Shown here: in pieces, positions 41,631 to 50,358 of the stretch | Position numbering within the stretch: the first letter of the stretch is position 1 | How the letters are laid out: each line of letters opens with the position of its first letter | From: Ostreococcus lucimarinus | Taxonomy: Eukaryota | NCBI GenBank assembly: GCA_000092065.1 | Contig: CP000584.1 | Reading direction: 5' to 3' (one strand) | DNA length: 64,000 bases | Notes under the pieces: generated by a model | What the model saw: the letters and a program-made list of their open reading frames with translations, nothing else | Databases searched by the model: none | What the model was told of the DNA's origin: nothing | Made by a program: the position numbers and the translations under genes

Positions 41631-41948
41631 ATGTTGACGGTGACGATGAAGACGGCGACGATGCAGACGACGCGAGCGGTGGTGAAACGTGACACCACTC
41701 GTGCTCGCGGTGTCGCGCGAGTGACGAAACGAGGGCGCGACGGCGTGCGCGCGCGGGCGACGCAAGACGGTAAGAACGGGCCGAAGAAGCTCACGAGGGA
41801 GAATGAAAAGGAGGCGTGGTTGAGCGAGATGGAGCGCGAGGGGGCGAATCCGTTGAAGGATCCCATGGCGTTGATTGGGATCGGTGGAATCATGGTGCCG
41901 TTTATCATCTTGGCCATCGCCTCCGCGGCGGGTTTCATCGGGCAGTGA
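41631..41948 (+). CDS. Small organelle-targeted tail-anchored membrane protein (function unknown)
   Basis: T/R-rich presequence, then a single C-terminal TM (DPMALIGIGGIMVPFIILAIASAAGFIGQ) ending at the stop. Confidence 0.35.
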   Translation: MLTVTMKTATMQTTRAVVKRDTTRARGVARVTKRGRDGVRARATQDGKNGPKKLTRENEKEAWLSEMEREGANPLKDPMALIGIGGIMVPFIILAIASAAGFIGQ

Positions 41949-42071
41949 GCGAAACGAGAGAGGGTGGATAGAGTGCAAGAGCGAGCGCGTTGTTTTCAAA
42001 CTTGATGTGATACGTACAATTTTTATATTATTATTGATCCGAAGGATGCGATCGCGCGGTACAATTTGGTT

Positions 42072-42623
42072 TTACACGAGGGATGTCTTCGTATCCTCGG
42101 TCTCTGGGGTGAAATCATTCAGGCTTTCAAGCCAGGCGTGGAATTCGAGCGAACCGCGACGCTCAGTCGGCGTCGCGCGTGTCTCCGTTTCTGGCTTCTT
42201 TTTCTCGCCACGTTCACGCGAACGCGCGCTGTCGCCCGCTACTGATACAGTGCATATTGATTCATTTCTGTCGTCGTCGTCGAGGATGATATCGAACAAA
42301 TCAACATCCAAGTAACGGTCGTCGTTCGCGGGCGCCAAGGCGACGTCGTCCCAGCGCGTCGCCAACAGAACCTCTTCGGGAGCGATCCAGTCCACGAACG
42401 CGCGCTCGAGCTCTAACTGTGCGGATAAATCACAATTTTCATCCGCGCGCGCTGGCTCCCCACCCATCGCGTCTTCAAGTCGCTCGTCGTCGCCCCCCGC
42501 CCCTCGTCGCTCGCTCTCCGCGCCAGCCTCCGTCGCGTCCGCGGCGCCTTCAAACATCTCGCTCACGAGGAACTTGGCGCACGCCGCGTTCACGCCCTTT
42601 AATTTCCCATCTCGTTTTCCCAT
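42072..42623 (-). CDS. Hypothetical acidic protein (183 aa)
   Basis: This is the 3' portion of ORF 42072..43286(-). Its 5' part is antisense to eRF3 and is rejected. From the ATG at 42623 the sequence is non-repetitive and acidic (…ELERAFVDWIAPEEVLLATRWDDV…). Confidence 0.3.
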   Translation of the reverse strand: MGKRDGKLKGVNAACAKFLVSEMFEGAADATEAGAESERRGAGGDDERLEDAMGGEPARADENCDLSAQLELERAFVDWIAPEEVLLATRWDDVALAPANDDRYLDVDLFDIILDDDDRNESICTVSVAGDSARSRERGEKKKPETETRATPTERRGSLEFHAWLESLNDFTPETEDTKTSLV

Positions 42624-42791
42624 CGCTTCGCCCTCGTCGCCCTCGTCGTCGCGTCCGCGCGTGCGGTCGGCGCGTCGAATTGGTTTACAAAAAATATCAT
42701 CGCGTAACGACGAAAAACGCACGCCCTTCGCGCACGCCACCAATTCGCGCCGTGACGCCGCGATCCGCGCGTCGCCCCGCACTCGGCGACG

Positions 42792-44558
42792 ATGGCGGAC
42801 GAGGGCGACGCCGCGAAGCCTCGGCTCGACGCCTCGGCGGCGAGCTTCAACTTTAACCCGAGCGCGAGCGCGTTCGAGTTCAAACCGCGCACCGTGACCC
42901 CGGTCGCGGGAGACGACGGGCGCGGGCCGACGCCGCCGCCGGGCGCGCCGCCGGCGAAGGCGGCGTCGCTCTCCATCGGCGGACCGGCCAAGGCGGTGAC
43001 GATCGGCGGACCGGCCAAGGCGGTGACGATCGGCGGACCGGCCAAGGCGGTGTCGCTGTCCATCGGCGGACCGGCCAAGGCGGTGACGATCGGAGGACCG
43101 GCGAAGGCGAAGGCGAGCGAAGACGACGCCGAAGGGGACGAGGCGGCGGCGGCGGCGAGCGCGGCCAAGGTTGAAAAGGTCGCGGCGAAAGTCGCGGAGG
43201 TCGTCATCGAGGACGAAGTGGTGGACGATGTCGAAGACGACACGTTCGATCGTCGCGAGCACCTGAACTTGGTGTTCATCGGACACGTCGATGCGGGGAA
43301 ATCGACGATCGGTGGGCAGATCTTGTTCTTATCGGGCATGGTGGACGATCGCGTGATTCAGAAATACGAGCGAGAGGCGAAGGAGAAAAATCGCGACTCG
43401 TGGTACATGGCGTACATCATGGATACCAGCGAAGAAGAGCGTGCGAAAGGGAAGACTGTCGAAGTCGGTCGCGCGCACTTCGAAACGGAAAAGAAGCGTT
43501 ACACGGTTTTGGACGCTCCGGGTCACAAAAACTACGTACCCAACATGATCGCCGGTACGGCGCAAGCCGACGTGGGGGTGCTCGTTATTTCGGCGCGTAA
43601 GGGTGAATTTGAAACTGGTTTCGATAAAGGTGGTCAGACTCGAGAGCATGCGCAGCTTGCAAAGACGTTAGGCGTCACAAAATTAGTCGTCGTCGTGAAC
43701 AAGATGGATGATCCGAGCGTCGAATGGGCGAAGGAACGTTACGACGAGATTGAAAAGAAAATCACGCCATTTTTGAAGCAGTGTGGTTACAAGATTGATG
43801 CAGATGTCACCTTCGTACCGATCTCGGGCTTGACGGGGGCGAACATGCAGAAGAAGGTTGGATCAGACGTGTGCTCGTGGTATGAAGGAAAGTCATTCTT
43901 CGACACGCTCGACGATCTCGAGCCGCTTCCTAGAGACCCGAACGCTCTGGTAAGATTACCGGTTATGGACAAATATAACGAAGCAGGTGCGATGGTCATG
44001 GGTAAGATTGAATCTGGTACCTTGCGTATGGGTCAGACGCTCATGTTGATGCCAAACAAGGCCGGCGTTAAGGTCGCCGCTTTGTTTCGCGACGAAGTGG
44101 AATGCACGAAATGTTTGCCGGGAGAGAACGTACGCTTAAAGTTGACGGGTGTTCAAGAAAGTGATATCCAACCTGGTTTCGTGCTTTGCAGCGTGAAGGA
44201 GCCCATTCACATCTGCGAAGAGATTGAATGCCAGCTTGCGCTCTTGGAACTGCTCGAGCACAACTCCGTCTTCACGAAGGGGTACAAGGCTGTGATTCAC
44301 ATCCACACGGCAACGGAAGAAGTCGAGGTGACAAAGCTAGTCTCAGAAATCGACACGAAACTACGCAAACCGAAGGAAGGCAAGCCGAAATTCCTGAAGA
44401 GTGGTAGCCTCGGTAACGTTCGCCTCCGCTTTGCCCAACCGGTGTGCGTAGAAAAGTTCGCCGACTACGCTCAGCTCGGTCGTTTCACCTTGCGCGACGA
44501 AGGACGAACCATCGCCATCGGTAAAGTGACTCGCCTCAAACCCAAATCGAGCGATTAA
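42792..44558 (+). CDS. ERF3: Eukaryotic release factor 3 (eRF3/GSPT; HBS1 is less likely). A translational GTPase with a repeat-containing N-terminal extension
   Basis: G-domain: NLVFIGHVDAGKSTIGG...DAPGHKNYVPNMIAGTAQADVGVLVISARKGEFETGFDKGGQTREHAQLAKTLGV...VVVNKMDD. Has beta-barrel domains II and III. Confidence 0.85.
   Translation: MADEGDAAKPRLDASAASFNFNPSASAFEFKPRTVTPVAGDDGRGPTPPPGAPPAKAASLSIGGPAKAVTIGGPAKAVTIGGPAKAVSLSIGGPAKAVTIGGPAKAKASEDDAEGDEAAAAASAAKVEKVAAKVAEVVIEDEVVDDVEDDTFDRREHLNLVFIGHVDAGKSTIGGQILFLSGMVDDRVIQKYEREAKEKNRDSWYMAYIMDTSEEERAKGKTVEVGRAHFETEKKRYTVLDAPGHKNYVPNMIAGTAQADVGVLVISARKGEFETGFDKGGQTREHAQLAKTLGVTKLVVVVNKMDDPSVEWAKERYDEIEKKITPFLKQCGYKIDADVTFVPISGLTGANMQKKVGSDVCSWYEGKSFFDTLDDLEPLPRDPNALVRLPVMDKYNEAGAMVMGKIESGTLRMGQTLMLMPNKAGVKVAALFRDEVECTKCLPGENVRLKLTGVQESDIQPGFVLCSVKEPIHICEEIECQLALLELLEHNSVFTKGYKAVIHIHTATEEVEVTKLVSEIDTKLRKPKEGKPKFLKSGSLGNVRLRFAQPVCVEKFADYAQLGRFTLRDEGRTIAIGKVTRLKPKSSD
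42975..43104 (+). repeat. 27-nt tandem repeat (about 4.7 copies, one 33-nt variant) encoding IGGPAKAVT in the eRF3 N-terminal domain
   Basis: atcggcggaccggccaaggcggtgacg iterated. Confidence 0.85.
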
Positions 44559-44647
44559 TCATCACCGTCGCGTTCACGCACCTCGTAGACATATTCAATA
44601 AGTACAAAAATCTCACGAAGAGTGACCCTCAGTGCGCGTCGCGCCGC

Positions 44648-45904
44648 ATGCCGTTTATCGTCCACGCACGTCGAGCGTGCGCGCGCGCCGCGCGCGTACT
44701 CACGCAGTATCGGCGCGAATACATAGCTCTCAGCGCCGGGAACGGTGATCACGGTCGTCTAGGTCACGGCTCACCCGACGAAGCCCATGACGGATGGTCA
44801 CCTCGAAGTTCCAACTACTTTCACCCGGTCGAGGGCGTGAGCGATCTCGATGTGCGCGCCGTCGCCGCCGGCGGTGCGCACAGCGTATTTCTCGTCGCCG
44901 GTGGACACGTATTCACGTGCGGGCTGAACGCGGATGGACAGCTGGGACACTCGGCGGGGCTGCCGTTCTCGCCGGAGCCCATGCTGGTGAGACTGGACGT
45001 CGAAGTCGTAAGCGTAGCCGCTGGGAACGGTCACACGCTGTGCGTCGACGTCGACGGCTGCGTCTGGGCATTTGGAAAAAATACTGCGGGGCAGCTCGGG
45101 ACTGGAAACGTCGACGGGACGATTCCACGGAAGATTGGTGCGCTTGCGAAGGAAGCCCGCGTGGCGCAGGTGGCGTGCGGCGCGGAGCATTCTCTCGCCG
45201 TGGCTGACGACGGACGCGTGTACTCATGGGGCTCGAGTACGGATGGTGTGCTTGGGCACGGATCAGAGACCTGGAACGACGGATGGTTTTATCGCACCGC
45301 GAGGGCTGAATTGGCGCCGAGATTGGTGCGTTCGCTCGAGGACAAAAAGGTGGTGGCTGTCGCCGCTGGGCATATGCATTCGGCGTGTATCGACGACCGA
45401 GGGAACTTGTACACGTGGGGTCAAGGAAGATTTAACCAACTTGGATTGAGTGCGAAGCCTTCGGACCACGAGACGACGCCTTCGCCTGTCATGTCGCTTC
45501 GATTTGTACATGAAATCGCGTGCGGCGGTTTACACAGTCTCGCAAACACAAATGCCGGAGTCGTGTCGTGGGGGGCGAATCAACACGGCGAACTCGGGCA
45601 TGGTCACCATTCAGATATCAAGTCAGCTGTCCCGAAACCCATTAAAATGGGCTCACGCGGTTGGTCAAAACTTGCCGCTGGTTGGAAGCACTCTGCTGGT
45701 ATCGCGAATGGCAAGTTGTTCGCGTGGGGATTTGGCGGTTCAATGGGTTCGTACGCGGACGAGAAAATGTCCAGCGGTGGTCAGTTAGGTTTAGGAAATG
45801 AGTTTGACTTTTGGGAACCACACGAAGTTTCTGTTCCAGGTGAAGTCAAAGATGTTTCGTGTGGATTTAATCACACGCTCGCGTTGGTAGATACTCATAG
45901 CTAG
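44648..45904 (+). CDS. RCC1-repeat (seven-bladed propeller) protein
   Basis: Repeated GxNxxGQLG(H/T)G blocks (GNGDHGRLGHG, GLNADGQLGHS, GKNTAGQLGTG, GSSTDGVLGHG, GQGRFNQLGLS, GANQHGELGHG). Confidence 0.8.
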   Translation: MPFIVHARRACARAARVLTQYRREYIALSAGNGDHGRLGHGSPDEAHDGWSPRSSNYFHPVEGVSDLDVRAVAAGGAHSVFLVAGGHVFTCGLNADGQLGHSAGLPFSPEPMLVRLDVEVVSVAAGNGHTLCVDVDGCVWAFGKNTAGQLGTGNVDGTIPRKIGALAKEARVAQVACGAEHSLAVADDGRVYSWGSSTDGVLGHGSETWNDGWFYRTARAELAPRLVRSLEDKKVVAVAAGHMHSACIDDRGNLYTWGQGRFNQLGLSAKPSDHETTPSPVMSLRFVHEIACGGLHSLANTNAGVVSWGANQHGELGHGHHSDIKSAVPKPIKMGSRGWSKLAAGWKHSAGIANGKLFAWGFGGSMGSYADEKMSSGGQLGLGNEFDFWEPHEVSVPGEVKDVSCGFNHTLALVDTHS

Positions 45905-45924
45905 CTTATTTGAAATTCATACAA

Positions 45925-47337
45925 TTACTTCCTAGTAGATGCTTCCTCATTTTCCATGCGCCGCACTCGCACCAGGCTAATGGCACCTATGCCTACAAAA
46001 CCAGCGAGTACCTTGAACACCGTGTGCCAGCCGTACGTCGAAGCCAATGCGCCGACCAAAATTTGACCGGTACCACTTCCAATAGCACCTGCAGAGTCGA
46101 TCAATCCAGAGATGATACCGATGATACCGCCGCGATCACTATGTATCTTTGCTTTCTTTCCCACTTCCGCGCTCATGACACCCGCGAACAACGCCGCGGC
46201 TGGTCCGATGAGGAATCCAGCCAAGAAGATGCAAGACACTGTCCCGCCCAACGTCTTTGAGTACGGGATCGCCAACAGCGGCACAAGTCCTAAAACTAAA
46301 CTAACTAGGAACAACAAGACCCATCTTCCGATCAATCTATTCAATAATGCCGCGAAGCCCATTCCAAGAATCAACGATAAATCAAAGAATTGCGTCGAAA
46401 CTATGGACGAACTATGCGAATCAAAACGCTCCTCGACGTAATACGGAATCCAAAATAGCAAGGACGTGACCACGACCTTCAGCGCCATGACGGAAAAAGC
46501 GTAATCAAGTACGCCAGGAATTTTCGAAACGTCACTCATGACTCGCCAAAAGCCTGCCTGCGGGGACTCATCTTCAACCGTCTCCGATACCGGCGGCGCG
46601 TCCAACAAGGAGGCTTCCTCCTCGTCCTCGTCCTCCTCATCTCTCACGATGCGCGCTTTGTTCGCTCCGATGCACACCAAGAATAGCACGAGATTCAATA
46701 GCACGAACACGCCCGCGACGAACATGACGTACGGCCAGTGCTCTTCTCCCTCGCGCAACACCGCCTGCGCGATTTGCAAACCGACGATGTCGCCCACGGG
46801 CGACGCCGTCGCCCACACCGTCAACACAGTCGCTCTAAAGTACGGTTCGATACTATCGCTCAAAAGCGCGATAAAATTTGGATACGTCCACCCCTGGACG
46901 AACGCCGAAGCCATCCACAGCGGCACGTGCGCCGTCCACGCCACCGTCCACGCCTCGTCCTCGCTCTTCGGCGCGAGCGCGTACCCAATCACCGCCCCGA
47001 ACGCGATCGACAGCAATCCCGTGAGCAAGAAACTGATCGCGATCGTTTTTCGTACCCCGTATTTACGTCCGAGGTACCCCGCCGTGAACAATCCGCACGC
47101 GTAGCTCGCGCAAAACCCGAAGTCAATCTCCCCCAGCAGCACCGTCGGGTACTTGGCGCGGTCGTGCAGCGTCGATTTACACGCCATGTACCCCTCGCGC
47201 ACGGCGTGGAACGAGGTAAAGTTCACGAACGACACCACCACCGTCATCCACGACGTTCGATCGCGCTTCGACATCGGTCGCACCACCCGCATCGCGCCGA
47301 TGTCTGACGCAACACCCATCGGTGGTGCGGTCCGCAT
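45925..47337 (-). CDS. MFS transporter, sugar-phosphate/glycerol-3-phosphate (SLC37/UhpC-like) family. Start uncertain (ATGs at 47337, 47292, 47274)
   Basis: 12 TM segments with an acidic central loop. The ORF upstream of 47337 is R-rich and antisense to the WD40 gene. Confidence 0.65.
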   Translation of the reverse strand: MRTAPPMGVASDIGAMRVVRPMSKRDRTSWMTVVVSFVNFTSFHAVREGYMACKSTLHDRAKYPTVLLGEIDFGFCASYACGLFTAGYLGRKYGVRKTIAISFLLTGLLSIAFGAVIGYALAPKSEDEAWTVAWTAHVPLWMASAFVQGWTYPNFIALLSDSIEPYFRATVLTVWATASPVGDIVGLQIAQAVLREGEEHWPYVMFVAGVFVLLNLVLFLVCIGANKARIVRDEEDEDEEEASLLDAPPVSETVEDESPQAGFWRVMSDVSKIPGVLDYAFSVMALKVVVTSLLFWIPYYVEERFDSHSSSIVSTQFFDLSLILGMGFAALLNRLIGRWVLLFLVSLVLGLVPLLAIPYSKTLGGTVSCIFLAGFLIGPAAALFAGVMSAEVGKKAKIHSDRGGIIGIISGLIDSAGAIGSGTGQILVGALASTYGWHTVFKVLAGFVGIGAISLVRVRRMENEEASTRK

Positions 47338-47355
47338 CGCGAGGCGCGACGCGCG

Positions 47356-48732
47356 ATGACGTCGTCGTCGTCGTCGACGCTCGCCGCGCTCGTCGCGACG
47401 TGCGGCGTCGAAGCCGACGGCCGGTCGTCGATCAGGGTGTACGACCCCGAGGCGGGACGCGCGACGCTCGCGGCGTCGCGCGCGCTCGAACGACGCGCCG
47501 AGGGCGACGCGCGATGCGTCGCGTGGTCGCCCTCGAACGGGGCGCTGTGCGCGGGGACGACCGAGGCGGGGTGCGTGCTGATGAAACCCGACCTGAGCGA
47601 TCTCGGACGAGTGCCCGAACGCGCGGTGGCGGGCGAGGGAGAGGTGCACGCGGTGGACTTCTCCGCGGGGTCGCGATACTTGGTCGCTGGCGGGACGGGA
47701 GAGGCTCGGGTGTGGGATTTGAAGCGGAAACGCGAACATCGCGTGTTCTCGGGACACACGGGTGGGGTGGCGACGGTGAAATATGGCATGTTCGGCCGAG
47801 TGGTCGGGAGCGGAGGACACGATGGGACGGTGCTCGTGCGGGACGTCGAGAGCGGGGCGACCAAGGCGAAACTGTCGCCGCCGACGCTGAGCGGAGTGAC
47901 CTCGATAGATTTCTCCGAGTACTCGCCCCAACACTTGGTGTCGGCGTGTGCGGATGGCACGGTCAGACTGTGGGACGCCGAAGTCGGCGAGCTGCAGTCG
48001 ACGCTCACGGTTCGAGGGTCTGAGTGTTATCAAGTTGAATTTTCACCCGTGGCTCCGGGCTTGGTCGGATACGTCAAGAGCGATGGGAGAGTGGTGCTTC
48101 AAGACGTCGCCTCTCCGACGCCGTCAGGCGCGTTGACATTTCGATCGACGCAAGTGACGTGCATGGCTTGGCATTATTCGGGCTTCGGGCTCGTAGTGGG
48201 GACGTCAAACGGTGTCGTGACTTGGCTGGACACGCGAAAGATTAGCGGCGGCGCCGACATCGCCACGTGCAAAATCTACGACGTCAAGGCGCACGAAGGT
48301 GCGGTGAATTCGCTCAGTTGGCAAAAGCCCGTTCCGCACTCGTTTCAAGTCGAAAGCACGCCCGCGCGTGGAGACAACCTGCCGGATTCTCCCATGACGC
48401 CCGTCGCGGAAAAGTCCAATCGCTTGCTCCACGGTCAACGCGCGCACACACCGCCAGCCGCGGCGTTGGCGCGCGAGGAGTTGAAACTCGTCGGCACAAA
48501 TCCCATCCCCACCACCGCGGACGTGTCATCTTTGCTCGACGCCGCCGTGGAGAAGTTCGGCGGCGACCTCTCCGCTCGCGTTCGAGACGTCCATCTCGAA
48601 CTCTTGCGACAGCACCAACTTCAACAAGAGGAAACCGCGCGCATGTTCGCCGACATGCAGCACGCACAGCTGGAGATGGCGGCCGAAATAGCCGCTCTAA
48701 GAATTGCATTAGAAAATAGCCGATCAGCCTGA
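47356..48732 (+). CDS. WD40-repeat protein with C-terminal coiled coil
   Basis: Multiple ...DGTVRLWD-type WD repeats (VRVWDLKRKREHRVFSGHTGGV, DGTVRLWDAEVGE). C-terminal ELLRQHQLQQEETARMFADMQHAQLEMAAEIAALR. Confidence 0.7.
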   Translation: MTSSSSSTLAALVATCGVEADGRSSIRVYDPEAGRATLAASRALERRAEGDARCVAWSPSNGALCAGTTEAGCVLMKPDLSDLGRVPERAVAGEGEVHAVDFSAGSRYLVAGGTGEARVWDLKRKREHRVFSGHTGGVATVKYGMFGRVVGSGGHDGTVLVRDVESGATKAKLSPPTLSGVTSIDFSEYSPQHLVSACADGTVRLWDAEVGELQSTLTVRGSECYQVEFSPVAPGLVGYVKSDGRVVLQDVASPTPSGALTFRSTQVTCMAWHYSGFGLVVGTSNGVVTWLDTRKISGGADIATCKIYDVKAHEGAVNSLSWQKPVPHSFQVESTPARGDNLPDSPMTPVAEKSNRLLHGQRAHTPPAAALAREELKLVGTNPIPTTADVSSLLDAAVEKFGGDLSARVRDVHLELLRQHQLQQEETARMFADMQHAQLEMAAEIAALRIALENSRSA

Positions 48733-48833
48733 CGTTGTAATGTTGCATAAACGCGCGTAATCTTCAATCTTCAGTCTTGAATCTCCCACGCGATGCCTCA
48801 GCGCGCGCCTCGCGCCTCATCTAAGACGGACGC

Positions 48834-50000
48834 ATGCCGCGCGAGTCGCTGCGTCACGCCATCCCCTCGTCCTACGACGAAGAGATGGAGCAACTCCGCG
48901 TCGCGCTCGAGATATCTGCGCGCGCGTCGACCTCACACGACGTTCACGCGTCGTCCTCGGCGCGAAATTCGCTACGACAATCCGCGGCACCACACGTAAC
49001 GACTTCACCTCGTTTCGTCAACGGGAGCGGCGCGTCGACGCGAACGGCGGGACGAACGGGACGAGTGCTCGTCGATGACGCGCGCGCGCGTCGTCCTGCG
49101 CGCGCGCGCGATGATTTCGCGGACGACGACGATGACGCGCGGGCGACGCTCGCGGAGCGGCTCGAGCGGCGGCACGGCGTCTCGGCGCGAGACGCGCAGC
49201 GCGTGGTGGACGTGCTCGACGGTGACTACGCGCGCGCGGAGGACGTGTGCTTGATCGTAAAAATGGTACCCACGAGTGTGGATCGAGCGATCGCGCATTT
49301 GAGGAACGTGGGATGGGACGTGGATTTGGCGTTGTCGAGGATGTTGGACGCGTCGAAGACGAGCCCGAACGCCGAGACTGAGCGGGAGGAATTGAAGCGG
49401 CGCGCGAGGTCGATGCGACGCCCGGGGGGTGATGGGAAGGCCGACGAAGCGAGGACGGTAAAGCAGAATTTGAACTATACTCCCGGTGCGGGCCATCGCG
49501 AGTCAGAGTCGGGATTTTCGTCGGCGTCGTTTCGCGCGTCTCCCGCCTCGCGAGCGCGCGACGAAGAAACGGAGCGGTATCATCGCGAGCGGTGGGAGAG
49601 CGAAATTTCCGATCGCGCGGCACAAGCGAACAAAGCGAAGTCAAAATGGGACTCATCTCAACCTACCGCGGCATCGACGCCTCGTACGGCGTCGGGATCG
49701 GAGCACGCTCGCGAGACTTTGCGATCCGAACCGCCAAAGCCTTCGCATTCGGCGCCGCGACCCTCTCGCGCGTCCGACCCCCCACTCGCCACCCTCGAGC
49801 GCGAAGGTTTGGTACAAGTTCTCACCGCGCTCGGCGTTGAACCGTCGTCGTCTTCTATCACTGCCGTGCGTTCGGCGTACAGAAAAGCTGCCCTTCGTTT
49901 CCATCCCGACCGTCTCTCCGCCGCCGGCGCGCTCGAGCGCTCCTACAAATCCGACGTCTGGAAGCTTCTCTCGTCCAAGATGGACGCCTACGCCCCCTAG
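48834..50000 (+). CDS. J-domain protein with N-terminal UIM and a putative UBA-like segment
   Basis: UIM (DEEMEQLRVALEISA) at the N-terminus. C-terminal J-domain with the HPD motif (SAYRKAALRFHPDRL). Confidence 0.65.
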   Translation: MPRESLRHAIPSSYDEEMEQLRVALEISARASTSHDVHASSSARNSLRQSAAPHVTTSPRFVNGSGASTRTAGRTGRVLVDDARARRPARARDDFADDDDDARATLAERLERRHGVSARDAQRVVDVLDGDYARAEDVCLIVKMVPTSVDRAIAHLRNVGWDVDLALSRMLDASKTSPNAETEREELKRRARSMRRPGGDGKADEARTVKQNLNYTPGAGHRESESGFSSASFRASPASRARDEETERYHRERWESEISDRAAQANKAKSKWDSSQPTAASTPRTASGSEHARETLRSEPPKPSHSAPRPSRASDPPLATLEREGLVQVLTALGVEPSSSSITAVRSAYRKAALRFHPDRLSAAGALERSYKSDVWKLLSSKMDAYAP

Positions 50001-50358
50001 CGATGATGTTGATTCTAATAGTATCTTTAGCATCTTTAGTGTTCTCGTCTCAACTCCTCAGTGTTCTGGTCTCGAGCCTCCATTCACCGCTCGCCGAGGG
50101 CTTCGTTCGCGAAACCTCGCGCGCGCGGCTCTCTCCTCAACGGGCGGTTCCGCGGTTTCGCGCTCGCCTGACCTCGGATCTGCACTCGACGTCGAGCGCG
50201 TCGTCGGCGTTCGCGCGAACGACGCGCGTGCGACGAACGCACGACACGCGCGCGCGTCAAACGCACGCGTCCGCGCGTCGTACGTTGCCGTTTACGCGCG
50301 CGCGCGCGAGCGCGAACGCGCGATTCGATCGCAACGTTTGGTCGCGATCTGAACAAAG

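Noticed and set aside
42624-43286. 5' two-thirds of minus ORF 42072..43286 with HRLGRSADG repeats
   Set aside because: Exact antisense of the eRF3 IGGPAKAVT repeat region. The repeat periodicity is inherited from the plus strand.
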